Assembly: GCA_028534125.1 (NCBI GenBank)
Contig: CM052817.1
Location: forward strand, 5,954,001 to 6,018,000
Direction: 5' to 3'
Length of the DNA stretch: 64,000 nt
DNA from: Lama glama
Lineage: Eukaryota
Part shown: positions 26,298 to 38,494 of the stretch, piece after piece
How positions within the stretch are numbered: the first letter of the stretch is position 1
How the letters are laid out: each line of letters starts with the position of its first letter
The notes under the pieces: generated by a model
What the model was told of the DNA's origin: nothing
The model's database searches: none
The model's input: only the letters and a program-made list of their open reading frames with translations
Position numbers and translations under genes: made by a program

Positions 26298-26967
26298 TGT
26301 CATAGAACTTAACACTAGCTTTAATGTGTGTGGGTGAGCAGAGCCATCTAGTGACAACAAGGGTTGTGCTGAGGGAAAGCGCCGTGTTTATGCAGGGCCA
26401 ACAAGAAGTCTGAGCAGCTGACGCTCAACGTCCACAAGCCCGCAGAGGGTTTCAGGGAAACATGGCTTAAGGCAGGGTGAGGAAGGGGATTCTCAGGGTG
26501 CAGGATCAGCTTGTGCACAATTCTGATTGGTTCCTGGTGGGATAACAGGGTGGCATCACGGGGACTGACATGATCCTCAGGGTCCAGCCAGTCTGGGGGC
26601 TACATGCTCAAGGTCATTGTAGGGTTAACTTCTCCCGTCTGGTGGGGGTTTTAGTATCTGTAAAAGCAACCTAGGAATGTGCACCAGACAGTGTTATCTA
26701 TGTCCATGAGGGAGGCACTAAAGATTCCGTGATTGCTGTCTGATTGGTGCATTGTTAAAATTGTTACCAGTTCTCCCCACCCAAATGCTACTTCTCACTT
26801 CATGTTCACATTCTTCCAATTGTTTATTCTTGAGCTGAATTTTGTGACTCAGCGGAGGCCTGTAAGACTAAAGCTTTTCTACAGACAAGAGGCAGGGTGA
26901 GGTTGTGGTTGGGGGTGGCACAGGGAATCTGTCCCAAGTAGGCCCCATAGGGTCCTGCTCTGTTACA
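26298..26967 (-). mobile_element. ERV1 solo LTR inserted in the FTL pseudogene, TSD TTAT
   Basis: TG...CA termini. TTAT at 26294-26297 and 26968-26971. Minus start TGTAACAGAGCAGGACCCTATGGGGCC resembles the LTR at 12055-12595. Confidence 0.9.
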
Positions 26968-27117
26968 TTATGATGAATCATGGTTGATTGGCAATATAAG
27001 AGCTACGCTCAAAAAGTGGTGTTGCCTGGACGATGGCTGAGAAAATGATTCCGAAGGTTGTGAGTGGAAAAGAGCTTGGAGGTTGGTCAGAGGCTGGAAG
27101 AAAGTGTCCCTGGTTCC

Positions 27118-27147
27118 GTTCCGTCCAAACGCTGCTGAAGCTGGAGA
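27118..27147 (-). promoter_or_regulatory. Iron-responsive element relic (loop CAGCGT instead of CAGTGT)
   Basis: TCTCCAGCTTCAGCAGCGTTTGGACGGAAC versus the canonical FTL IRE TCTCTTGCTTCAACAGTGTTTGGACGGAAC. Confidence 0.85.
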
Positions 27148-28279
27148 CCAGCAGGACTGCAGGGCACATTCTGTTCTTGTTTGGAAGAACGTCCCTTTCT
27201 ATCAAGTTGTTTAGCAGGGCCACAGGCTGCAGGCTCAGGGACGCTTCCTGGGGGAGACCTGGAGCGTGGACCTTGGGGAGAGACCTGAGTAGAACACCAG
27301 CTGCCATTCTGGGCCTCCATTCATAGGTACAGAAAGACCTAGAACTGACTATGCAGCTCTAGAATTCTCTGTCATGACTGCACCCTTCAGGAACAAGGCT
27401 GGAGAAACAGATCCAGGGAACCCTCTTACATTCTCAGTGAGGCTGCCAGGACCCCAGACATCAGAGCCCTGAGTCCTTACCAAGTTGTGCATGGAGCAGG
27501 GACCTCATGCCGTGAGGCCCAAGCAGAGCAGAGTAGGGACCATGATGTGCTGCCCAGACCCCTCTTCAGCAATGAATCTTTTTGCCTACACTTTTGGAAA
27601 GGCCGCTGGCAGAGAGGCATCAGATATCAACCCTCCATTGTATGTGTCTTGAATGCCATCCCTTCCTCCCCCCTCCTCCTGGGCACTGTGCCCAATCCAC
27701 AGCCAGTCCATGATCAGTGCAGGGGTATGACAGCCGGTCCTCCCATCCTAACCTGGGACGCCATGAAGGGCCATCCTAGCTTTAGTGTGCCCCGTGGGGT
27801 TGGCTGAGCCTTTCTGAGACTGTGTCATGTTCAACCTCTCTGCCTGATCCTGCTTCCTTCCCTTCCACAGGGGTAACCTCCAGGGGACTCTCTAATAAGT
27901 TTCCTGCAGGTACCTCTCTGCTTTCCAGGGAACCCACCCTGGACAGCCTTCATTCCTGCCTCCACGGTCCCTTGTTGAGCAAGGATGGGTAGCCTGAGAG
28001 ACTGGCTCATGTCTTCCATCTTATGTCTCTGCCAGCCAGACAATTTATTGGTTACTCTCCACAAAAATAGATTGTCAACCTTGTTTCATGCAAAGTGGGC
28101 AAAGCTGCCTGGAAATCTGCCTGCTGGGAGGGCTTCTCACCTCCCATTCCCTTTCGGGCCCTCCACTGACTGGGGCTGTGTGACTGCTCCCCAGCGTAGT
28201 CTGTGCATCCATCTATAACCTAGGTGTGCACCTGTCCTCTTGGGTTAATTGTAAACACTTCAGAGTTGGGTGGGTTGAG

Positions 28280-29330
28280 AGCTGCTGCATCAACAGAAGA
28301 GGGTCCCATGGGATTCCCAACCACCTGCTCATGCCCTGCGCTGTACCCCTGGAGTTACTCATACTTGGTCTTCGTTATCATACTTTGTGATGCTACATTG
28401 TGGTGCTTGCCTAACTTTGTGGCCCAAGAAACCCAGTTCATGATGGAAATATCTGATCCATCAAACCTGATGGTCATGCAGTGTTCTACTGTGAGGCTCT
28501 GGTTTCTACCAGAGCCAAAGAGCAACCCAGAAGCAATTATTGAGGAGAATTATTGAAGTGAGGCACGGCCTCACTTCAGTCCCTTAGGAATTGTGATTTT
28601 CTCACTAGGACCATACAAGGCACTTTATAGTGTCTGTTGCCCACAGACAACTCCAGTGTGAGTCAGCTGTGTCACGGGGCCCACGTGGCAGAGAGTACTC
28701 CTTCTCTGGGTTCCATGTCAGCTTGGAAGCTTGTGGATCACCTGGTGGATGAGTCGGGTGGTACCCCTATGTGGTCTGTGTTGCCTCTAAAGTCTAAAAA
28801 GTACCAAGAACTGGGCCACCTGCATCCTGGTTGTGTGACTTGTTCCTCACTTGAGAGGGAGTGTTCTAACATGCCAAGGCCGTTGCTGTGGCAGGCCTGA
28901 ACCTTCAGGAGGCCCTCACCAACTTCCGGTGCTCATCTGTGTGGCTAAGTCATCTAGAATGCTTGCTTCTTGTTGTTCAGCAGGTCTGAGCAAATAATGC
29001 CATTAGCATTATGGAGCAATCTGGTGGCCTTTGGAGTATCAGGACAAACATGACCCTTGCAGGTTCCATTGTGTCAGGGCAGGACAGTTCTTAGAACTTT
29101 GAGCATGGACAGTGAGGTGCGTAATTTCCACGCCAAGTGACGGCAAACTGCAGCAAGAGTGTATGTGACTGAAACTAGCTCTTGCCAGTCTGCTGACTGA
29201 GTCTGGCTTATATTTGCCCAGCTGGATTATAATACCAGCTGAATGAGGGTAAGGCTTGGCTGCAATTTGTTTCTCAAAGAATAACTTCTTGGTGGTCCCC
29301 ACTTGGACATTCTTTGTTTACTGTTTCCTA
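28280..29330 (-). mobile_element. ERVL/MaLR-type pol remnant
   Basis: Similar in style to 22200-22500 (CAGAGCCAAAGAGCAACCCAGAAGC..., AGTAC...AAGAACTGGGCCACC). Decayed. Confidence 0.5.
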
Positions 29331-29461
29331 AAGTGTGGCCATGTGACTGTTTAACAAGTGCTCCTTCCTGCCTTAGCAAGGAGAACTACATTTATACCAA
29401 AATATTGTGCTAGACCAGTTGTATGAAGTCCTAACTGGTATTGGGTCAACAACTGTAGGTT

Positions 29462-29620
29462 CTTTTTTTTTTATTATTATTATTTTGGTAAGAAAACATG
29501 AGACTGACCTTGACAAACTGAGATGCACAATTCAGTATTAACTGTAGGCATAATGTTATACAGTAGATCTCTAGAGCTTATGTGAAATTTCATACCCATC
29601 TAACAACTCCACTGAGCTTT
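29462..29620 (-). mobile_element. L1 3' end fragment
   Basis: T-rich tail followed by CAGTATTAACTGTAGGCATAATGTTATACAGTAGATCTCTAGAGCTTA. Confidence 0.7.
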
Positions 29621-30719
29621 CCAGTGGTTTCCTTGTATGCCACATGGTAAAATGGCATCTGAGGGGATCTTGGAGCACCTCCACAGTCTGCTACTAACTG
29701 TGTAGAGTTGACTGGTAAATTTCACTGCAACTTCAAAAGGAGCAGTCATCTCCAGAGTGGGCGCTCCTGTCCCCCATGTTTTGTGCAAGCAGTAGCTTTC
29801 CAGGGCTTGCAGTCTTTTATGCAGTGAAGTCACGCCTGCATATGGAAATCTGAACAGTGTCTGAGAACCTGAATGCTGATCTCAAATTGCTTACTTCCAG
29901 AGGTTCTTCATACACTGCAGAAATGACAAAGCGACTTTCTGAATCTCAAAATGGCAGAGTGTCTTTTCCTAGAAGCCAGCAGAGAAGTCATGTCTATGCT
30001 TCCTGGTAACTGTTATGTACAAAATGATTCTGCAGCTCTAGAGTCATTTCTGCCACCTCCTAAAATGTTAACAGTATTTACTTTATTTGGCATGCCCAGG
30101 TAATTTGAATGGATCTGAGTTGTGTCTATTTTTTATAATGGAAACTTCTTGTAAAAATTCAGGTGCTCAAGAAATTATCATTCATTAAGACATATCCTAT
30201 CTGTGTATTCTGAAACTCTGTCCAGTTAACAAAACTGAGATTTTTTTTTTATCGCTTGAGCAAATGTTATAGACAAGCAGTAGGCAGCATCCTCTCCTGG
30301 AACTCTATGGAGATTATTACATATAAAGTAGGTTTACCAGGATGAGTCAGTTCACATAGTCCAGCTTATAGATCTAAGTCAGAAGAACTTTAAACTGTCG
30401 AGGAACATCTTAAGCAGATGATGATGATGGTACAACTTTTGTTCTAGAGCCCTCTACCTTAGGGTGCTGCTGATGCTTTCAGTGTCAAGGATATAAAGCA
30501 ACTTTCAGAGTTTAGGAGTATAGATTTTAAGTTAGAAGCAGTAGAAAATGAGGCAAATCTGAGGAGAGCAACACTAAATATTCCTTTGAATCAACTGTAA
30601 ATTTTACATGGAAAATGTTGCTTCTGTGTGTCTCACAGCCTTTCTTCTGGTGTCCTAGGAAAATGAATGGCTCTTTATCCTTTCCTGGCTCTTCCTCCTC
30701 TGCTTGGTAACCTATTAAA

Positions 30720-33700
30720 AGGAAACCCTGGTACACTATTGGAATGTAAATCAGTACAGCCACTATGGAAAAGAGTATGGAGGTTTCTCAAGAAATTAAA
30801 AATACAATTCAGCAATTCCACTTCTTGGTATTCAAAGAAAACAACTCAAAGTTATATACACTCCCACGTTCATCATAGCATTATTTACTATAGCCAAGAC
30901 AGGTTGATTCCATAGGTGTTCACTGACAGATGAATGACTATATACACACACACAAATACTTACACATAACCACATAGGACCATTATTCATCCATGAGCGG
31001 GGAAAAAAACTCGCTATTTTCAACAACATAAGTGGAGCCTGAGGGCATTATACTAAATGAAAGGAGTCAGAAAGACATGTGCCTTGGGATGTTACTGCTA
31101 TGGGGAATCTAAAATAAAGTTCATAGATACAGAGAACAGATGGCTGTCTTGCCAGCGATGGGAGGCAAGGGGTAGGCTAAATGGCTGAAGAAAGTCAAAG
31201 GGAACAAACTTGCAATTATACAATTGTGAGGACAGAATATACAGCATGGCAACTCTACTGATAGTGTATTGCATATTTGAAAGTCGCTAAGCATAAACCT
31301 TCAAGTTCTCAGGACAAGAAAAAAAAGACTCCTGTTGTCTGTAGCAATGGATACTAACTAAATTCATTGTGGTGATCATTTCACAGCACATGCAAACATT
31401 GAATCATTATGCTGTACATGTGAAATTAATATACGGTAGGTTAATATCCCACAACATTTAAGAAGGAAGAGCAGAAGGCAATATGGAAAGGAATAGGAAG
31501 AAAGATGAAACCTTGACCGCAGGCAGGGTGGGGGGTTTTTCAGGGATATGGGTGACCTATGATACATACAGGGATCTTAGGGACAATAGGAAAACATTTA
31601 CCAGGAAGAAGGTCTTCTCTTGAAGTCAGACACGGTCAGCTCCACCTTGCTCAGTCACTTGGCTGACATGCGGAGGATGCCCTAGTACTTCATCCCATGG
31701 TGGGCTTTGTTCTACTCTGGAACGTGTTTCACCGTCTTGCCCAAAGGTGAAAGCTGAGTTCACAACCAAACGTGTGGTGGTAACACAAAGTCAGCTGCAC
31801 TGTACTGTTCTCCGTGGAGCATTCATCCAGTCCTTCCTGGGAGAAACCAGAACTTGAGGCTGAAACACAACTCAGGGCAGCAGTGCTGAATGACAAGAGT
31901 CTCCACAGACAGCTTCTGAGGTAGTTAGCACGCAATGGCCGAACTCCAATGCTCTACAACAGGAACTGTTCGTTCTCCTCCTCACAGGGCTGTGGCTTGG
32001 TGGCAACAGCTCAGTTCAGGTGGGCTCCTCTGAGACCCAAATATGTATAATGGCCAAGTTCCACTGAGGATTTCCAAGCAGGGAGGTGCTTTGTTGGGTT
32101 GGCCCTGTTATGTCTTCAGCCTGCTCTGAGTGTGAGCAGCCCAATTATATGGAACAGTCAGACTCTGAACAAGAAGGAACTTGGTGACTCCATACCGTAA
32201 GAGAGGAGCCATATCCAAAAGGACTTGTTAGTTATGATTCTTTCCTATAAATGACTCTCAGTCCTGCTCACTGTGGTGCTCAGTTTTTGCGATTTGCCTG
32301 GACAGGAAAGCATTCCATCTTTCCCAATTCACTTGCATCAGGACCAGGTGCAGGTACTCTATTTAGAGTGAACAGAGGTCCAGTCTGTTCTTGTATATTA
32401 AGCCAGGGACAGATGCCTGACTACTTGAAGCAAGTGCGCATGTGCTTCTTAAGTGGCTCCCTCTTACCAAAGGAAGCATAAGGAAGGGGTGTTGAAATGA
32501 AACACTTTCCCACTCTACCTCATCTACCACAACTTGCTCCTCCCTTGAGTGGATAAGTATGCCTCCTTTCCTGCAGGAATGGTAAGCAGAGCCGTTCCAG
32601 CCTGCTTGAGTTTATGTTCATTTCTCTCAGCTTCTCTGGTATTTCTTTTTCTGAAAGGATAAACTAGAGATTGATTGAGGGGACCAAGAACTCAAGGGCC
32701 AAGTTACTCCCATGCTCTGTATCTGAAAAGAGGCCATTATAGGTAAGAGTGTGGGTTCTTGAATTGCCCTGTTTTGTACCACAGCTTGTCTAGTCAAGGG
32801 TCGGAAAGTGGGATAACAAAGTACAGTCACCTCAGTTACCTGTTTTTGTTCATCTGGAAGTATGTTAATTCGTTTTTGAAAGCTAATTTCATTGGTTAGA
32901 GAATTCTTGCTTGAGAGTCTTTAACATTTTGGATATACGGGTCTAATGCCTTGTATTCATAGCTTCTGTTGAGAAGTCTGCTGTTAATCTTGTTGAGGCT
33001 CTCTCTTATGTGATGAACTGCTTTTCTCTTGATGCTTTTGAAACCTGGTAATATCTTTAAAGAGTTGGACTACGATGTGTTTAACTGTAGATCTCTGAAC
33101 TTACCCTGTTAAGAGTTCATTGAGCTTCTTGACTCTGTCAAATGTTTGGTCAGTCATTCCTTTATATATTCTTTCTGCCTGTTTCTACCCTCTCCTTCTA
33201 AACTACCATTATATATATGCTGGTATGCGTGTATATAATGGTAGTTTATATAGTGTCTGAGGTCTAATTTATTTTTTTTTCACCAGACTTTAATCTCAAT
33301 CAGTCTATTTTCAAATTTGACTCATTCTTCCAAGAGCTCACATCCACTATGGAGTCCTTCATAAGAATGTGTTATTGTACTTTTCAGCTCCAGAATCTGA
33401 TTCTTTAAAAAAAAATTCTATTTATTGATATTCTCCACTTGAGACATTGTTCTCATACTTTTAATACTTTATGCATGATTTCCTTCTTTGAAGATATTTA
33501 AAATAGCTCATTTAGTTTTTTTTTTTTATGGCAAGTACAAGTCTGGGTTTCCTCAGGACAATGTCTGACTGAATTTTTCCCTGTATGTGGGCATGTTTTG
33601 TATGCCTCACATTTGTTAAATTGGTTATTTTAAATGACGGGCAGCTCTGGGGATGATGGGCAACTCTGGGGGATTAAATTTCCTTAACCACAGGGTTTTT

Positions 33701-36700
33701 TTCTGGCTAATTAGTTTGTGAATTTTCTAATTTCTGCAAGGTCTTAGTTCTTCATGTTTAGCCATTGAGCCTTCTGTTTAGTTATCTTCGCTGACTAACC
33801 ATTAGGTGCTGTGTATGTGTTGAATATACCTTTAATTATCTGGCAGTTACAACTCTGCCTTAGACTTTACTCTGTACTGTGAGAGCCTCAAGGTCAGAAA
33901 ACTAATTTCTTACTCCTTGCTAAGATCTCTTTATGGTATATGCACAGCCATGCACCTGTATGTGACCTTCTAAAGTCCCAGAAATAAACTGGAGATTTCA
34001 AAATCCCCTATGAATGTCACCTTCCAGCCTTTCCTTTCAAATTTTTGGTTAGTCTTTTATTTGCCCCATCTGGTAATACTTTCTCAGACATCTGTTAAAC
34101 AAACTTTTTTGACAATCAAACAGAGCTGGCTCACTGGAAACAACACTATTCCCTAAGTAAGTTCGACTAAAGAATCTCTGATAACAGGGCTTTGACCTGT
34201 CAGGTACATCCCAATAAAATAACTACTAATTTCTGGAACAAAGGATTTTTATGAAGAGTCAAATTCAATTCTGCCCTACAATGGCTGCTCTTTTTTACAG
34301 CTGCCTTTGTTGCAAGGCTATTGTTTTCAAGTCTGCTGCAAAGCTGTAGGGGGTGGGTATTGGAATAAGACAAGTTAAAATGTCACAATGCTCACTGTTT
34401 TTACTAACTATTGGCCACATTTTTCTTGAATAAACTCTTTGGATTGTTGCATCTGGTTAACTTCCAGAGTACTGGAAAAGTTAACGTTGAGAATTTCTGT
34501 GATTGTACTCACTACTTTTATGTAGGAAGATTTTTGGAGATCCTTACCTTTCTGGTAATGTTTATTCCAGATGTGTTGACAATACAGGGGGAAGTTTTTC
34601 CAAAACTACTTTGCTTTGACTTCTGATCACAGGCCTCTGTGTGTAGGGGGGCGGGGTGTGACACACATCATGAGACTGCTGGATAGAGCCTGGGCTGATG
34701 TTTTTCTTTCTCCTGACATGCCTGTTCCTTTGTCTCAATAAAGGGTTCTTCTTCATCTTAGAATACTTGGGGTGGTTCAAGGTGATGTTTATCATTATAC
34801 GGTTGCCTGGAAGAAGTTTCCATTCTAACTACCTCCATACAATTATCACTGGAATTTGATTACATGAGGAACACTGTCTGTTGTCCTGGGGCATTCGAGT
34901 CTTCCCTCAGAGTTCCAACACACTTGGCTTTTTGATCAGAGGAGGCCAGTTTCTCAAGGGATAGCATCTTACATTCACATAGAGGAAGCAAAAGGCTGAA
35001 TACAGAAAGTTGATTAACTAGGTGTCCTCCATAGTGTTTTTAATGGATGCTTTTGGAAGAAATAGGGTTGTCCCAGATGAACTGAAGGCAGTGTCCAAAA
35101 TAGTCAATGTCAGCATGTTCTCTGAGAAGGCAGGGGACCAGTCCAAGATTCACTGGAGCAGACAGAGTTCTGAAATAATTTCATTCACTATGGTCTCTTG
35201 ATGCTGGGCTCAACTAACTTCAGTGAGGCAAAATTATGAGCCAGAAATGCTTCTCTTGAGAATGTAACCAGTGGATATAGCACATCCTCTTGGACCTCAG
35301 TGATAAGGTCACTGTGTTCTGAGGTGCTCTGTGCCCTGACTAACCCACAGAGGGAGTCAGATCATTTCAGCCTGGCTAGTTTTCATCTCAAGGGGTTTTG
35401 AGGTTGCACCATGATTTCTGAAGTTGAAATTGGCTTCTCATTTTAATTCTGAATTTCATTCTTCCTCAGAAATCAGAGCTCCAAATTGAGCCTTACTCAT
35501 TGGTGGGCTATCTCAATGCTGACTTGTTCACAGTTACTATTAGTGGAGCTCCAGTCAAGATGGGTTGAAATGGGGAATGGGCTTTCTGCCTGAAGCTTAA
35601 TAACCTTTCTGAGATTTTGGTAAAAACCCAAGGGTTGAAAACCAGATTGAAGGAGTCTGCAGTGGGATGCAGATAACAAGTATTTTGCTGTTCTCCATGC
35701 TATGCCAAAAACACGTCGGTACAGAGAATGTGGCATGGAACATGCCTAGCCTCTGCCACTCATTCCTCCCTGAAGGTTCTTCATTCAGGGGAAAGAGGGA
35801 TGGGCTCAGTACCAGTGGAGTAAGGCTATCAAGATTCCATAGCTAAGCTCCCAACATCCATCCCCTTGTGATGCTGTCTTTTGCTCTCCTACAGAGATTC
35901 TTTAGACTAAGTATCTCATTCAGCCCTGCCTCCATTTCAACTTCCCCATCGTACCTGCCAGAAACAAATGTCTCTAATAATGGGATAATACTTCAGTTGC
36001 CTTGGATTCTAAGGATTGTTTTACTTAAGTCTCATGTGTTTTAAATCTGCCATAAGGTGAATGTGCATTGTTTAACTAATTATATCTTCCTGAGAGATCC
36101 TGAGATTTTGAGATTTTGTTAGTCACTTTGGAAGAAATCTACAACTCATTTTTCCATTGGGGTGAAACACGGCTGCTCAGGTATTAAGTTTCTACACTTG
36201 GATGCTTAGTTTAATACCAAGTGGTACCTACCTCACTTTTAGTCCATGAGGAGAATTATAATCTGAGAACTTAATTTTTTCCCATTTATTATTTGAACTC
36301 TATCCTTCTTTGGGTTCTAGAATAGTATTGATTTGAGCATTTTATTATTATTATTTTTTTTTTGGTGGGAAGAGTGTAATTCTTATATTCCTTCAACTCT
36401 TTCAGCTCTCATTACCTAGAGTGATACCTGGTTCTTGTGTACTTTCTTCCCATTTAAAACGCCCATGCTTGAATCAAGGAGTTAAGAACAATGTGTTCTT
36501 AAACCCCTTCTCTTGCTTGCAGTCCTTGGCAGAACCTACTCTGGGAGGATTCCTGCAGTTGGAGTAGATACTCTCCTGATTCTCGAAGTGTACTGTTTTG
36601 AAAGCGATTTTACTTGGACTTTTGCCCACAGGGGTCATACATATGGATGAAGGAGGGATGGGTTTTGACCCTGATCATCTGATCTCCTGCTGGACAAGCC

Positions 36701-38490
36701 TAGGTCCTCCTTTTATCCTTATCTGCCTGACAATCCTGTTCCTTTTGTTTCAAAGTTCCGTCTCATCACAGAATATTTGAGATCATCCAGGTCAGGTTTT
36801 TCCCCTTCCCTGGAGGAGTGTTTTGCACCAGTTTACTGCAGGCAAGACCCAGTGGATGTTGATTACATAATATTTATTGTGGGGCTGAATCATCAGCGTC
36901 AACTCCCATACCTCTGGCTCTGATTCAGGGTGTGTAGTTTTCTTCCATCATTATGGTGAAGGTCTGAAGACAGGAACCCATTAAGATTTGAGTCTGAGTT
37001 CTCTGCCAATAAGCCAGACTGGTTTTCAGTCTCTCAGTTGTTCTGAGGTGGAGCTACAACCCAGGTTGCCTGGAGGACTTGACACAGGCATGCCCTCTTT
37101 ATGGAACTCCAGCTCTGGCATTCCTTACTGTGATGAGTGGGTGGAGGTGATAGTGAAAATCAGGGTAGGAACACATCTTGTAATCTTGCCATAAAGTTAG
37201 AGTTAAACAGCCTGGCAGTTTTACCTTTTGGGTCCTTAATGGCAAAATTTTGAAAGAATTTTCAAGTTCTCCATAATGATCATCTTTATCAGGCTATTGA
37301 TGCATTTTTGAATAACATGCCAGTCAATACAATTAGGAAATAGAATAGAAATTTGTTGATCACTAGCCAACTTTTGAACATCAGCTTGTCCCCATGTGCT
37401 TACTGTAGAAAAATCACCAGTAGGATCTTTCCAATCAACAGCTTCCATCCATTCTTTAACATCTTATTGTGTACGAGGTTCTGTCTAATGATACAAATCT
37501 GAGTAGCCAGGCTGATGTTTCAGTGAGGAGGACAAATTGGCAAACTCAAAGGAGTCTTCTTTCACATTGGGAAAGTCCTTAGCATGTAATTCTGCCTTGG
37601 TCCAAGGGCTGTATGTGAGTGGTTTGGTGCCATCTTCACTGGACATGGCTGTAAAAGCGGCTGTCATTACAGGAGGGCAGTATGGCTGACCTTCAGCGGG
37701 GGGTCAGTCTTGGTGTTGTAAAAAGTTCAGAGGGGTGGATAGCATGGAGGAGAGCCTTGTGGACATTGAGAGGAAACAGGAAGGAGTGGAGGGAGCCAAG
37801 GAGAGAGAGCTCTCGGAAACCTCAGAATTTTTCCAATTTGGAAATCCTTTAAGATCATTGCGAGTTAGTTTCTCTAAGGGACACAATAGTGGATTCCCCA
37901 TTATGTGTGTGGAGGCCTCAAAATACCAATTGAAATACTCTTCAAGTCCTCATTGTCCTAAATCTTTTTTCCAACTGAATGTGCAAAGAAACTCACTTAA
38001 GAAATCTTAAATGAACTGCAAGAGGGCCCACAGTTTCAAGATCCTATGGGTGCTTTTAGTCCAATGCAACAAATTTACAAGAGGAGGGCCCATAGGTTTT
38101 GAACCTAAGATGAATGAGAGTCCTGCACAGCCACTGCCCCTCGGCAGCGCCCTTAGAAACCAAACTCCCCATGAGGGAGTGCTCACCAAGGTAAAGGATT
38201 CCCTTTCCAGATAAAGCCCATGACAGGGAAAATCCAAATAAAGGCTTTAGAACCTTGGCCAAAATCAGACGTTCAGAACCGAGAGGACTTACCCTCATGA
38301 CCCAAATCACCATGAAAATGATGGAGTGCAAGGGACTCTGACATGGGACCTGCTCCTGTCTGGGGCAGGGCTGGAGGTAGAAGTGAGTCCCTTTGGCTTC
38401 CGTTTCTGACATACATAATGTCGTCTAACAAGGCTTAGATTCAAGGCTGCAAAGAACAAAGTTTTATTTGGAGACTTAGGAACTACAATT
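30720..38490. repeat. Segmental duplication unit, copy B; begins with a longer L1 3' fragment (+, 30720-31460), then X, L1M (-, ~32855-34560), Y, ERV1 gag (-, ~36850-38418) and an LTR piece
   Basis: Collinear with 3480-10870 along its length (e.g. 7564-7604 = 35207-35247). Confidence 0.92.
33199..33248. repeat. Inverted repeat: 22-bp stem, 6-nt loop
   Basis: TAAACTACCATTATATATATGC-TGGTAT-GCGTGTATATAATGGTAGTTTA gives 20 Watson-Crick pairs plus 2 G:U on +. Confidence 0.9.
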
Positions 38491-38494
38491 TGGG

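Larger units (their letters stand above)
25678..27165 (-). pseudogene. FTL: Full-length ferritin light chain processed pseudogene (IRE-containing 5' UTR, decayed CDS, 3' UTR, poly-A), interrupted by an LTR
   Basis: Minus strand: IRE-like GCTTCAGCAGCGTTTGGACGGAAC; CAACCATG start at 26981-26979; intronless CTCTCTCTGGGCTTCTATTTTGACCCCCATGATGTGGCTCTGGAGGG ([16 protein letters not shown]); GGGCTGGGTGAG...GAAAGGCTCA; 3' UTR GGACCAAATGGAAACAAAGCTTTTT; A-tail 25678-25684. Possible TSD ACATTCT at 25672-25678 and 27166-27172. Confidence 0.95.
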
